IMG/VR virus record: IMGVR_UViG_3300025117_000042
Coordinates: 39,541-103,540 of that record
Length of the DNA stretch: 64,000 bases
Direction: 5' to 3' (one strand)
DNA from: a virus
Below, piece by piece: positions 45,846 to 56,144 of this stretch. The stretch's first letter is position 1, and every line of letters begins with the position of its first letter. The translations under genes were made by a program, and so were the position numbers. The notes beneath the pieces are model-generated. The model saw only the letters and a program-made list of their open reading frames with translations, had not been told where the DNA came from and did not search any database.

Positions 45846-47449
45846 CCTTCCAGAAAATCATACTAAATAACTTTCAGAGATGGGATCATCTGGAGCTGGA
45901 CCTAGCTTCAGGTGGTCTTATCTTGTTTACCGGTAAGGTGGGATCTGGTAAGTCTTCTATTTGGGATGCACTGACATGGTGTTTGTTCGGTGTAACTCTG
46001 AAGGGACAAAAGGCTGATGAGATAGTAAGCACTTTTGCCGGGAAGGACTGTAGTGTTTTTCTAACAATAGAGGATGGTGATGCAGTTTACACTGTGCAGA
46101 GATACAGAGGTCATAAAGAGCACAAGAATAATTTGTACTTTAAACTAGGTGACACAGACTTAGGTGGCTGGGATACAGACAGTACACAGGAGCGCATTAA
46201 TAGTCAGCTGGGTATGGATGTTAAGCTGTTCACCAACTCTGTAGTATTTGCTCAGGGCTTTAGCAAGGTATTCGTTGCTCTGGATGACACAGAGCAGAAG
46301 AATCTAATAGAAGCATTTATTGATTCTACAGTATATTCTGAAGCTCTGAAGGTGGCAAAGCAAGATGTGCTGGAGTTCTCCGAGAAGGCAAGGGAATACG
46401 AACGGGACGAGGAAGAGCTATTAGCTAAAATAGAGAACCTGGAAGTAGATATAGCTCAGTATGAGGAAGGGCAAGTTAACTTTGAACAGAGACATACCCA
46501 AGCTATAGCGAAGCAGAAGGGAATTCTAAAGGGGCTGATGGATGATTACGACCAGAAACGGAAAGAGCAAAAAGATGCACAGGATCGGTTGCCTAAGATC
46601 CATAAGCAGATTGAGAAATTACAGGCAGAAAAAGACAGCAATGTCTGTACGGCTTGTGGTCAGGGTTTACCCTTCAAACAACAAAATGCATTGGATGATT
46701 TGCAGAACGAAGCACAGGATTTGCGGAGAACCGTTGCAGTATGTGACAGTAGTTTAAAGTACCTGAAGACTCAGAGGGAAGAGACAGCTGAAAACATAGT
46801 GGGGCTGATGGAAGAGGAGGATATCTATGCACAGCTAATAGAAAAGGCCCATAACAAAAAGGTGGAAGCTGAGCTGTTGTTGGTTGAGACACGATCATCT
46901 AAAGCGAGGTACGAGGACAAGCAGGTATTAGCTGAGTTCTTTGTAGAAGGCTTTGGGCCGAGAGGAATTAAGTCTCTGCTGTTCGATGATATACTCCCGG
47001 CGCTTAATCAACATCTGGAATACTATGCTAATATAATTTCTGAAGGAACGATCCAGGTTAAGTTGTTGCCTAACAAGACATTGAAGTCAGGCGATATCAG
47101 AGATAAGTTTTCAATTCAAATATCTAATTCAGAAGGGGGAAAATCATATAAGGACAGCTCTAACGGGGAGAAGCGGCAGATCAATCTGACATTCTTGTTT
47201 GCTATTCAACGATTAGCCAGGGAGAGGCTAAAGTCTTCTATTAATATATCCGTACTGGATGAGCCTTTTGATGCACTGGATTCAGACCATATAGAATCCA
47301 TCTTCAATGTATTAAAAGAGCAAGCAAAGAGTATGTCTGTATTCGTTGTGTCTCATATTGATGACATAAAATCTTCTGCTGCTTTTGATAAGGTGTACCA
47401 TGTAGAGAAACGATCCGGTAGGAGTAGACTTAATGGCATATTATTATGA
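45842..47449 (+). CDS. sbcC: SbcC/Rad50-like ATPase
   Basis: Walker A GKVGSGKS; coiled coil with Zn hook CTAC; signature S.GEK; Walker B LDE. Confidence 0.92.
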   Translation: MTFQKIILNNFQRWDHLELDLASGGLILFTGKVGSGKSSIWDALTWCLFGVTLKGQKADEIVSTFAGKDCSVFLTIEDGDAVYTVQRYRGHKEHKNNLYFKLGDTDLGGWDTDSTQERINSQLGMDVKLFTNSVVFAQGFSKVFVALDDTEQKNLIEAFIDSTVYSEALKVAKQDVLEFSEKAREYERDEEELLAKIENLEVDIAQYEEGQVNFEQRHTQAIAKQKGILKGLMDDYDQKRKEQKDAQDRLPKIHKQIEKLQAEKDSNVCTACGQGLPFKQQNALDDLQNEAQDLRRTVAVCDSSLKYLKTQREETAENIVGLMEEEDIYAQLIEKAHNKKVEAELLLVETRSSKARYEDKQVLAEFFVEGFGPRGIKSLLFDDILPALNQHLEYYANIISEGTIQVKLLPNKTLKSGDIRDKFSIQISNSEGGKSYKDSSNGEKRQINLTFLFAIQRLARERLKSSINISVLDEPFDALDSDHIESIFNVLKEQAKSMSVFVVSHIDDIKSSAAFDKVYHVEKRSGRSRLNGILL

Positions 47450-47589
47450 TATAAAGCCGGGTGTTGTTTGTCCGGTGTGCAGAAGGTCATATCTAATAAT
47501 ATTAGAAGACCTCAGTTTAGCTTTGTGCAAGCGTTGTGGCTTGCGTCTGTTGCCAGTAAATTACCCTGAAGAGAAAAGAGGTAGGAAAA

Positions 47590-48824
47590 ATGGCCGGAGG
47601 AAGGCATAAGAAGGTTATTCGTACAGTAACATTGGAAGAGCTGGAGCCACCTAAACCGGATATGGGTAATTTCAGGCCGAAAGAAGCACACCCTAAAAAG
47701 TGTCCTGCATGTAAAGCCTGGATGGATGAGAAAGCTTCAAATTGTCCTTATTGTGATTTTCTTATGGTAAAACATGAATCCAAAGCTAAATAGCATCTGT
47801 ATGCATGCAGTAGAGAGGTTTAAAACAAGAACAGGTGCTAAGTACTCCAGCAGTAAAGTTAGAGAACGTCTTACACAACTGTATGAACAAGCTGAACGTG
47901 TTGAGTTAAAGCCGAAATTCATAGTCACAACAATACTTCAACACAATTTTGAAGAAGCTGAGTACTACAGTGCTGGTGGCTTTATTATGGTTATAGTCAA
48001 CGGTGAGATGAAGACGGTACACAAAGGAGAGGCGCACAAATGGCAGAAAATGAAGAAGTGAAATGTTGTAATACAAAAGCAAAGTTTGTGACAGCATGGG
48101 CTAAATGTGGAAAGGCGTTTAACCTGTACGTGTGTAGTAAATGTGGTGTAGTGCTGAGAGAGAATTTGACTGGTTCCAGGCAGGTCATGGCTCTTGATAG
48201 CGGAGGAGCTGTTCATGTACTGGAATAACTCATGGAACGTAAAGCAAAGATAAATACTCCTGTCAGGAAAGCTAAGGTAGATCCAGAACCGGAAGAGGAG
48301 TTACATTACGTACTCTACTGTCACTGTTTGTGGTTCCCTTACAAAGACCCGCAGTGTAAGCCTTTACCAAAGGACGAGTACAAAAAATATGTAGCTATGC
48401 TTAAATCTTGGCATCCTGAGTGGTGGGAAGAGGAGAAGAAGCCCTGGACTGAGGCGGTGAAAGTATGAACACTTTAGTAAAAGGATCAACGGTAGACAAT
48501 CTATTAGATAAGTTTGTATCGTTACTTAAATTTTTGGATAAGGACTATGTGGTTATTGATCGTTTGTCCTTCATCCCTATGGAAGCAAGGAGAAAACATG
48601 GTGAGGTGAAGTGGTTTGTGGATCGACCAGGGGTGTTCTGTTATGCCGCCTGGAACGATGATTATACAGATCCGACACAAGGTAGGTTGAAGGTTAATCT
48701 CAGAGTACTGGAGGATGCTTATTGGCAGCATTTTGCTATGGCTAAGGATAAGGCTAAACAGATTATATTAGACAAGCAAGCCGAAGATTACATAGCACAT
48801 ACTGTGTTCGGAGAGGAGAGGTAA
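47590..48824 (+). CDS. Cluster of five small hypothetical ORFs (47590, 47774, 48040, 48232, 48465), several with CxxC
   Basis: Tightly overlapping + strand ORFs with SDs. Confidence 0.55.
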
Positions 48825-49369
48825 TGAAAAAAGGTGGTGGCAGTCTTAAAGGGGGGGCTTTTGAGCGTCAAACTGCAAAGACCTTATCTTTATGGCTCAG
48901 TAACGGTTCTGATAAGGATTTGCTGTGGAGAACGGCATCCTCTGGAGGTAGAGCATCTACTGGCAAGGCAACAACGGGGTTTGGGGATCTTGGTATAGAT
49001 AAGGATCATCCTGATGCCAGGAGGTTCCTCAAGCTGTTTTGTGTCGAGTGTAAGAACTACAAAACAGTATCTATTACAAAAGCCTTCTTCAACGAGAAGA
49101 ACGATCTGTGGAAGTGGTGGGATCAGGCTGTTACACAGGCTAAAGGCGCAGGTTGTTGTCCTATGCTAATAGCTAAAGGTGACAGGCAACCTACGCTGTT
49201 GATATTACCGACAGAGCTTACTTATCTAATAACTAAGATAAAGTTCTGCATGTTTACTGATTCAACTTTGCAAAGCAGTGTGATAGCTGTAGACTTTAAC
49301 GAGTTCCTGGTTACACATACATGGAAGGATGTTTATAATACAATGAAGTCATTTGGAGGTGTCAAGTGA
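48824..49369 (+). CDS. Holliday junction resolvase (PD-(D/E)XK)
   Basis: KG..FER..A..LS.W, R..SGG, GD, VECK and WW.QA motifs. Confidence 0.85.
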   Translation: MKKGGGSLKGGAFERQTAKTLSLWLSNGSDKDLLWRTASSGGRASTGKATTGFGDLGIDKDHPDARRFLKLFCVECKNYKTVSITKAFFNEKNDLWKWWDQAVTQAKGAGCCPMLIAKGDRQPTLLILPTELTYLITKIKFCMFTDSTLQSSVIAVDFNEFLVTHTWKDVYNTMKSFGGVK

Positions 49370-49719
49370 GGAAGTTTGAGACAGGAGCAACACGTAATAG
49401 TGATACAAGCAAGTTTGACTACGAGGGCTTTCTGTCACCAGCTGTGTTAGAGAGGTTCGGTGCTTATATGCACAAGCATCGTACACAAGCTGATGGTAAT
49501 TTCAGGGACTCTGACAACTGGCAAAAGGGAATGCCGAAGACACAGTATATGAAGTCTCTCATAAGGCATACTATTGACTTGTGGAGAGCACATAGAGGTT
49601 ATATTGTAATAGACAAGGACTCAGGTGAACGTGTTACAAAGGAAGAGTTGCTTTGTGCTATTATCTTTAACGCTCAAGGTTATCTGTTTGAGATGCTACG
49701 TAAACGGAAAAGACAATGA
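49366..49719 (+). CDS. dATP/dGTP diphosphohydrolase-like (DUF5664) protein
   Basis: RKFETGA.R, NWQKG.P, SL.RH and A..FN motifs. Confidence 0.75.
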   Translation: MRKFETGATRNSDTSKFDYEGFLSPAVLERFGAYMHKHRTQADGNFRDSDNWQKGMPKTQYMKSLIRHTIDLWRAHRGYIVIDKDSGERVTKEELLCAIIFNAQGYLFEMLRKRKRQ

Positions 49720-50489
49720 AAAAGACAGATGACGCAAGCCAGATAGAGCGTAAATCGAAACGGTTTGATACCTCTGAAGATAAGATAACCGCAAGGAAGG
49801 GGAAGGGGGGCAAGGATAACCTTACTCCCTTTGAGCCTGGAGTAGCTTGTAAACGTTATGCTATGGAGAAACAGATGAAGGCCAAAGCTCTGTTTCTGTC
49901 GAAGAAAGGTAATATATCAGATGCGGCTATCGCTAAGGCTGTAAACGCAAGTCATCGTAGTGTTATTAGGTGGCGGCATGACCAGAAATGGGAAGAGGAG
50001 CTGGAGAGGTTTCAAGCTGAGTTTAAGGAAGATTTGGTAGGCATGATACGGGATGCTGCACAGTCACAGATACCTCCTACAGTCACTGATGAGCAGTTGG
50101 TGGGCGTGGTTCAGGAGATAGTTGGCCCGACTGTAGCGACACATCTATCAGAGTTTCTTGTCAGGATACACAAGGCAGACCTGGAAGATCTGGAGAAGCT
50201 GAACATTGCTATTAGACATAAGCTTACTCCGAATGCTGATGGTAAGATTGATGTTGCGCCTATGGCTATTTCACAGCTGGTGAATGCCAAGATTAATATT
50301 ATAAAAGGTGTAAGGCTTATCCTGGGGCAGTCTACAGAGAATATCAAGCCTATCGGTGCTGGTGGGGATGAAGAAATAGCTATAGCTATATCGGTATCCC
50401 CTGAGATAGCACGTAGCTTGAGTACATTATCTAATATCACTGATGCAGAATTTACGGAGCTACCAAAGGAGAATGTAGATGGAGAGTAA
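49716..50489 (+). CDS. Terminase small subunit (putative)
   Basis: NL.PF motif; HTH (A..LF....G......IA..V......V..W.....W); helical oligomerisation region; upstream of TerL. Confidence 0.6.
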   Translation: MKKTDDASQIERKSKRFDTSEDKITARKGKGGKDNLTPFEPGVACKRYAMEKQMKAKALFLSKKGNISDAAIAKAVNASHRSVIRWRHDQKWEEELERFQAEFKEDLVGMIRDAAQSQIPPTVTDEQLVGVVQEIVGPTVATHLSEFLVRIHKADLEDLEKLNIAIRHKLTPNADGKIDVAPMAISQLVNAKINIIKGVRLILGQSTENIKPIGAGGDEEIAIAISVSPEIARSLSTLSNITDAEFTELPKENVDGE

Positions 50490-51679
50490 GGAAATATTTT
50501 CCTGTGCAGATGTACAGGAGTTTGCAACAAAGCTACAGCTGGCTGTAGCAACCAGTTTGCAGGAGGAAGCAAAGAACTGTTTGTTTACACTTGGGATAGA
50601 CTTTACTGAAGAGACTACAGTAGATGCTCAAATGAAATTAGCTAATATAGAGATACGAAGTGAGGGTAATAGATTGTTGATCTATAAAAACGGCAGTCTT
50701 GAGTATTCTATAGGCATGGTATCTGAAACTAGGGAGGGAGTTATCTACTGTCATCTGGAAACTGAGATAGAATCGAATGTTGAAATAGTGTCATGAAACA
50801 AAAACAACGTACAATTGAATATGACGATATGACTTTAGTAAAAGCCGAGAATGATACTCTAATTTTCACTAACCTAGAGGACATGGTGATTCTCTCCAGG
50901 CTCCCATTGGGGCTTAAGGGTAAAGTTATTTTTATTGTAAATGATAAGGAGGAAACGGGTATATGAGTAGGTAGGGAGACAGATATGGACATAGAGCAGC
51001 TTCAGACTGTCAATAAAAACGCAAACAGTATAATATGTAGGATGATGGATGCTACTGGATTAGAAACACGCATAGGCGATCCAGTTATGTTGATTGAGCT
51101 GTTAAAGAAAGAACGAGACAGTCTTAAGGGTATTTTGGAGTATCTGCTGGAAACAAAGGTTATATCCAGCGATATAGCAGTAGACCATGCAACCAAAGCT
51201 CTTAAGTCTCTGTCACAGGAGAAGAGGAGATGATTGTAGATTTCAGGTGGGGCGAAACATCACAAATGTCTGAAATGCTAATAGGAGAGGAGGAAGTAGA
51301 GAGCTGGGTGAAGCGTATTGATGCAATGTCTATTAGTGAATTGGCTACATTACATCGGAGAACAAAAGTAGGTCATCCAGTGTTTACCAATCCGGTGTTA
51401 TATAAGCAATTTACTGATAGAGTTGATAGCTTGGGAGGGATTACACCAGAAGTATTGCTGATAATCAAAAAATACTGAAGGGAAGGGCTAATGTCTAACC
51501 TAAACCATCCTAATGTAGTGTTTGTTGGGAGAAAAGAAACAAAACGGGGTAAGGTTATTGAAGTTGTTGTAATAGATAAGACTCCTTACTTTGTTATCCT
51601 CTGTGAGGACTGTTCTTTTACCAGCAAACCTGTGGATCAGTGCAAGTTAGACGAAGACGATGAACCTTTTGCAACTTAA
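50479..51679 (+). CDS. Five small ORFs between TerS and TerL (50479, 50793, 50985, 51230, 51491)
   Basis: Consecutive + strand ORFs; 50793-50966 is absent from the track. Confidence 0.55.
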
Positions 51680-51685
51680 AATGAT

Positions 51686-53131
51686 ATGACAACTGAAAAT
51701 GTGACGGTAAAGTATACCGCAAAGCAGTTATTAGCAAACTTCTTCCTATTTACGATCATCGTATTAGGTTATGAGCTTCATGAATTCCATGTCAGGTGGG
51801 CAAGATTCCAGCTGTCCCGCTCCAGGTCGCTGGTACTTGCCCCAAGGGGTCATGGAAAGTCAACCATCCTCACGATTGCCTATCTTATCTGGCGAATAGT
51901 CCAGAATCCTAACATACGTATTCTAATAGTATCAAACGCAGCAACAGCGGCTGAGAAGTTCCTAGAATCCATAAAGGATCATTTCGAGAAGAACGAGCTA
52001 TTACGTACTTTGTATGGTGATTTTGTTGGTAAGAAGTGGAACACAGGCTCTATCACGGTTGCAAAGCGTACAAAGGTAGGGATCAAAGAGCCTACTGTCA
52101 GCACTGTCGGTGTGTATGGATCTATCGTTTCAGGTCACTTCGATCTAATTATGGTCGATGACCTTGTAGACTTTGAGAACGCTCTTAAGAAGGAGTCCAG
52201 GGATAAGATGTGGAACTGGCTCTGGACTGTTCTTATGCCTACAGCTGATGGTGAGATTCACTTTATAGGCACTCGTTACAACGATGACGATCTGTATGGT
52301 AGAGCGATACGTAAAGAGTCAACGATGACCTCACAGAGGGGTCAGATCGAAGGCGAGAACGAAGGGTTCCTGGCTGATTGCTGGATCAGGGATAGAGCAC
52401 TTAAGAACAAAGACGGAGATAAGTACACTCCAGATGGTAAGCTGTTTCCTGTTGATTACGCTCATCCTGAGAACCTTGTGGCACTGTGGCCTGAAAAGAA
52501 AGGCTGCTCTGTACCTGAGCTATTGGAGACACGTAGACAGGACTCTATCATCTTTGAGATGCAGTATCAGAATAACAGTGAACTGGCAAGAGAGAGGATC
52601 TTTAAGAAGCATTACTTTACTGGCAGGTATAAGATGTTGCCGGAACGTTGCATGATCTTTGGTGGTAGTGACTTAGCTATTAGTGAGAAAACATCTGCTG
52701 ACTATTTTGTAATAGTCATACTGGCAATAGATACTCAGAAGAATGTGTATATTATAGATCTATGGAGGGATAAGATATCAGCTCCCAAACAGTTTGAGGC
52801 ATTCAAAGCTGAGTATAATAAACATAAGTTTATAGCTATGGGAGTTGAGAGTGTAGCCTACCAAGAAGCTATGACACAGTTTCTACAGGAGAACACAGCA
52901 GTACCGGCAAAGCCTGTAAAAGTACACAAGGACAAAGTTATCAGAGCACATTCTGTATTAGGTATGTTTGAGAATGGGAAAGTGTTCTGGCCCGAAGGTA
53001 TGGATATTACCGATATTGTGGAAGAATTCTGTATGTTCCCTGAAGGGGTTCATGACGATATGGTAGACGCTGTAGTAATGGCTATTAATATAGCTATATC
53101 TACTTCAAGTTTTGCTTTTTCTTTTGCGTAG
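51686..53131 (+). CDS. terL: Terminase large subunit
   Basis: Walker A PRGHGKS; Walker B IMVDD; GTR coupling motif; YQN; nuclease DLA, ESVAYQ and HDD.VDA. Confidence 0.93.
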   Translation: MTTENVTVKYTAKQLLANFFLFTIIVLGYELHEFHVRWARFQLSRSRSLVLAPRGHGKSTILTIAYLIWRIVQNPNIRILIVSNAATAAEKFLESIKDHFEKNELLRTLYGDFVGKKWNTGSITVAKRTKVGIKEPTVSTVGVYGSIVSGHFDLIMVDDLVDFENALKKESRDKMWNWLWTVLMPTADGEIHFIGTRYNDDDLYGRAIRKESTMTSQRGQIEGENEGFLADCWIRDRALKNKDGDKYTPDGKLFPVDYAHPENLVALWPEKKGCSVPELLETRRQDSIIFEMQYQNNSELARERIFKKHYFTGRYKMLPERCMIFGGSDLAISEKTSADYFVIVILAIDTQKNVYIIDLWRDKISAPKQFEAFKAEYNKHKFIAMGVESVAYQEAMTQFLQENTAVPAKPVKVHKDKVIRAHSVLGMFENGKVFWPEGMDITDIVEEFCMFPEGVHDDMVDAVVMAINIAISTSSFAFSFA

Positions 53132-53160
53132 TAAAATTAAGCGTAAAAAGGGGTATAAAC

Positions 53161-54612
53161 ATGTTGAGAGCTGAAACCGTTTGTCGTGATCTTAATTACA
53201 CCAAGGAAGAGCTTCTACAGGTTATTAAGGATGCTGATACATGTCTCAGGCAACATAGGGGAGTTGGCCTGGATTATTACATGCATGATCCTGAGATATG
53301 TGGTCAGTGTCGATCCTCTGTAATAAGAAGTAAGAACATTCTTAGATACATATTCGGAGGTAAGAATGATCGGTAATATGATAGCAGAAGAAAAGGCAGA
53401 GGAGAATTATGATGACATACGGAGTGACTACCTAGCTAGTAAGGAATCGGAAGGCTATAAGATTGTATTACCTAAGCGGAATGAGCTACAGATAGATGTT
53501 GATACAGAGGAACAGTTTAAAGCATTTGCTGCTATGTATATAAGACTAGCCAAGGTTTGTGACAGCGAATTGTCTTATAAAGACAAGGTAAGTGAAAGCG
53601 GAGGCTGGCATAGGCATATCACTGTAACTCTACCTTTTAACGTAACACAGACAGAGCGTGTTGCTTTGCAAGCTATACTCTCATCAGATCCTGTGCGTGA
53701 GTTACTGTCATTTATCAGGATACAGAGAGGCGATAAAAGACCAACGTTATTTCTGGAGAAAGACTAATGGCTAATAAAAAAGTGGTAATAGATACAGATG
53801 AATTCGGAACAGCAGTATGTAGTAAGTGTGGCAGAGTATTCAGCTTTGATCCTGAAGATAGTACAAAGGTATTGATATGTCCTACTTGTCACAGCACAAC
53901 ATAATCATAAGAGTAGATCCATCTGTACCGAAGGATGAAGTACACTTCAAAGATAGCCACGGCAATGTAATATATAAGATTATCAATCTTAATACTGATG
54001 AGCCAAGGAAAGTGTATGCAGATAACGGTAAACGAGGAGGATCTGAAGACCAGCTATTTCAGTGTGACATGTCTCCTCTGCCAGAGTCGGTTTGATTATC
54101 GAGAGCTGGCGCAACTTTGTGTAATACATGATACGCAAGCATGGTTGTGTAAACGATGCGAGTCAAGGAAAGGAGTAATCAGATATGCTGATAGGGGATC
54201 AGGAACAGAAGACAAAGCGGATCAATGAGTTCATCAAGGAATGCACTGATAAGGGGATGACCAGAGCTGAGATAAACAAGGAGCTGAAGCGTAAATATCA
54301 TGTACATTTCAAGGACAATCCGACCTCAAAGTACGAGAGGCATGCAGGAGCCAAGGAGAAAGCCAAAAATCTTAAACGTCTGCAAAATAGCAGAGGAGGT
54401 AAGGCATGACTGAAACAGCATGGCTTGTGGAGCTACCAAATCCTGCAAGATGGGTGGGTTTTGAGAAAGGTGCTCCGATCTGGACTGATGACCCTGAGAA
54501 AGCACTCAGGTTTGCTCGTAAAGAGGATGCAGATAACTTCCTATCGTGGTGGTGCTTGACTGCCATAAGTACTGAGCATATCTGGATTGACGATCTGCAT
54601 CTTGTTGATTAA
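53161..54612 (+). CDS. Cluster of small hypothetical ORFs
   Basis: 53161, 53366, 53877, 53998/54185 and 54406; SDs and overlaps. Confidence 0.5.
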
Positions 54613-54627
54613 ATAGAGGTTTATGAG

Positions 54628-54691
54628 AGGGGAATATTTTTTATTTTTATATTAGATATTCCCTTTACATTTATCTATAGGGTTGTATAAT
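54628..54691 (+). promoter_or_regulatory. Sigma70-type promoter preceded by an inverted repeat
   Basis: GGGGAATAT...ATATTCCCC, then TTTACA-16-TATAAT. Confidence 0.65.
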
Positions 54692-54952
54692 AGATAATAT
54701 AGGGATGGGGGAAAGGAAAGGATTTAATGATACAAGCATTTAAAATCTTAGCGTTGTTGGTCGTAACCACTCTAGGCTTAGCACTGATAGTAGGTAAACT
54801 CTTTATGTGGAGGTTAGCATGGAATCAGCACAAGACCAGTACGGGAGGATTCAAAGGGAGCTACAGGAAGCAGCTGCATTAATCCGGTTGCGGTACATGA
54901 AGTTCAGGATCAACAGGCTGTTGGGTAAGGAGCTGGAAGAGGAGGGCGACTA

Positions 54953-55339
54953 GTGAAAGTTATGACGGTAACAGGCATTGAGATGCTTAAACTGGCAGGT
55001 AAAGGGGAGTTGGTTCCGCAGGTCAAGAAAGACAACGAGTTTATTAGAATAATTTGTGATGGTATCAATCATTTTTACCCGAAGTACGATCTATCTGAAG
55101 GTACGTTTGTATATGCTGTATTGAAGAATAGAGATTTCATTGAAGGTGGTGGGCCGATGGTGCTCCATAAAATATTCAAAAGATTCGATAAAGCGGTAAG
55201 TTACATCATGGGTCAGGATGGTATTTATAGCAGCAAGCAGTATGTACAAACGTATGCAGGTGTTGCTGTAGATGGTGAGCCTTTTGCTTGGACTAGCTTT
55301 AATGGGTATGAAATTAGAATAGTTAAGATTGAGGAGTGA
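54953..55339 (+). CDS. Hypothetical protein
   Basis: GAGGAGG SD with a GTG start. Confidence 0.55.
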   Translation: MKVMTVTGIEMLKLAGKGELVPQVKKDNEFIRIICDGINHFYPKYDLSEGTFVYAVLKNRDFIEGGGPMVLHKIFKRFDKAVSYIMGQDGIYSSKQYVQTYAGVAVDGEPFAWTSFNGYEIRIVKIEE

Positions 55340-55460
55340 CATGATGAAGTGCACAAACTACGTAAAAGGTGAAAAGGATAAGCATGTGTCTTGCGCTGAA
55401 GGGTGTGATTGCCCAAACACAGATTGCAAGTTTCATGTGTCTTTTGGGAAGGAGTAAAAG

Positions 55461-56144
55461 ATGAAGGAATATCATAAGATACAGACCATCTATAAGAGGG
55501 ATATGTTCTCGAAAGAAAAACATATATTAGAGGGTCAGTGGTCTTTGCCTGAATTCGAGTTCTTGCAAAATAATATATGGGAGTTCACTGAAAAGGTGGA
55601 TGGCACCAATATTCGTGTAATGCCTACAGAAACAACAGTATTATTTGGTGGGAAGACCGATAACGCACAGATACCCGCACCTCTGGCTAATCGGTTGAAT
55701 GAGCGGTTTTTACCTTTGCATGAGCGTATGGTGGATTTGTTTAGGGATAATATAGGTTCAGTGTGCTTATATGGCGAAGGGTATGGAGCCAAGATTCAGA
55801 AAGGTGGAGGGAACTACCGGCAAGATCAGGATTTCGTGTTGTTTGATATTAGAATAGGTGAATGGTGGCTGCAACGTAATGATGTGGAGAATGTAGCTGC
55901 TACTCTTGGATTGGAGATTGTACCTGTAATAGGGTACGGTACGCTTCACGATGCTATTAGAACAGTTAAGAATGGTTTGTTATCAATGTGGGGGATTTTC
56001 AGGGCTGAAGGGATCGTCGCAAGACCGAAGGTGGAGCTTAAAGCCAGGAGTGGTCAGAGGATTATTACCAAGATCAAGTGTTGTGATTTTGACTTGGGAA
56101 GGGGAGACTATGGAAGCGATCAGGTATCTGGAAAAGGTAATTGA
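55461..56144 (+). CDS. RNA ligase (Rnl2-like nucleotidyltransferase)
   Basis: Y.KI, motif I EKVDGTN, III YGE, IIIa F.LFDI, IV EGIV, V KIK. Confidence 0.88.
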   Translation: MKEYHKIQTIYKRDMFSKEKHILEGQWSLPEFEFLQNNIWEFTEKVDGTNIRVMPTETTVLFGGKTDNAQIPAPLANRLNERFLPLHERMVDLFRDNIGSVCLYGEGYGAKIQKGGGNYRQDQDFVLFDIRIGEWWLQRNDVENVAATLGLEIVPVIGYGTLHDAIRTVKNGLLSMWGIFRAEGIVARPKVELKARSGQRIITKIKCCDFDLGRGDYGSDQVSGKGN

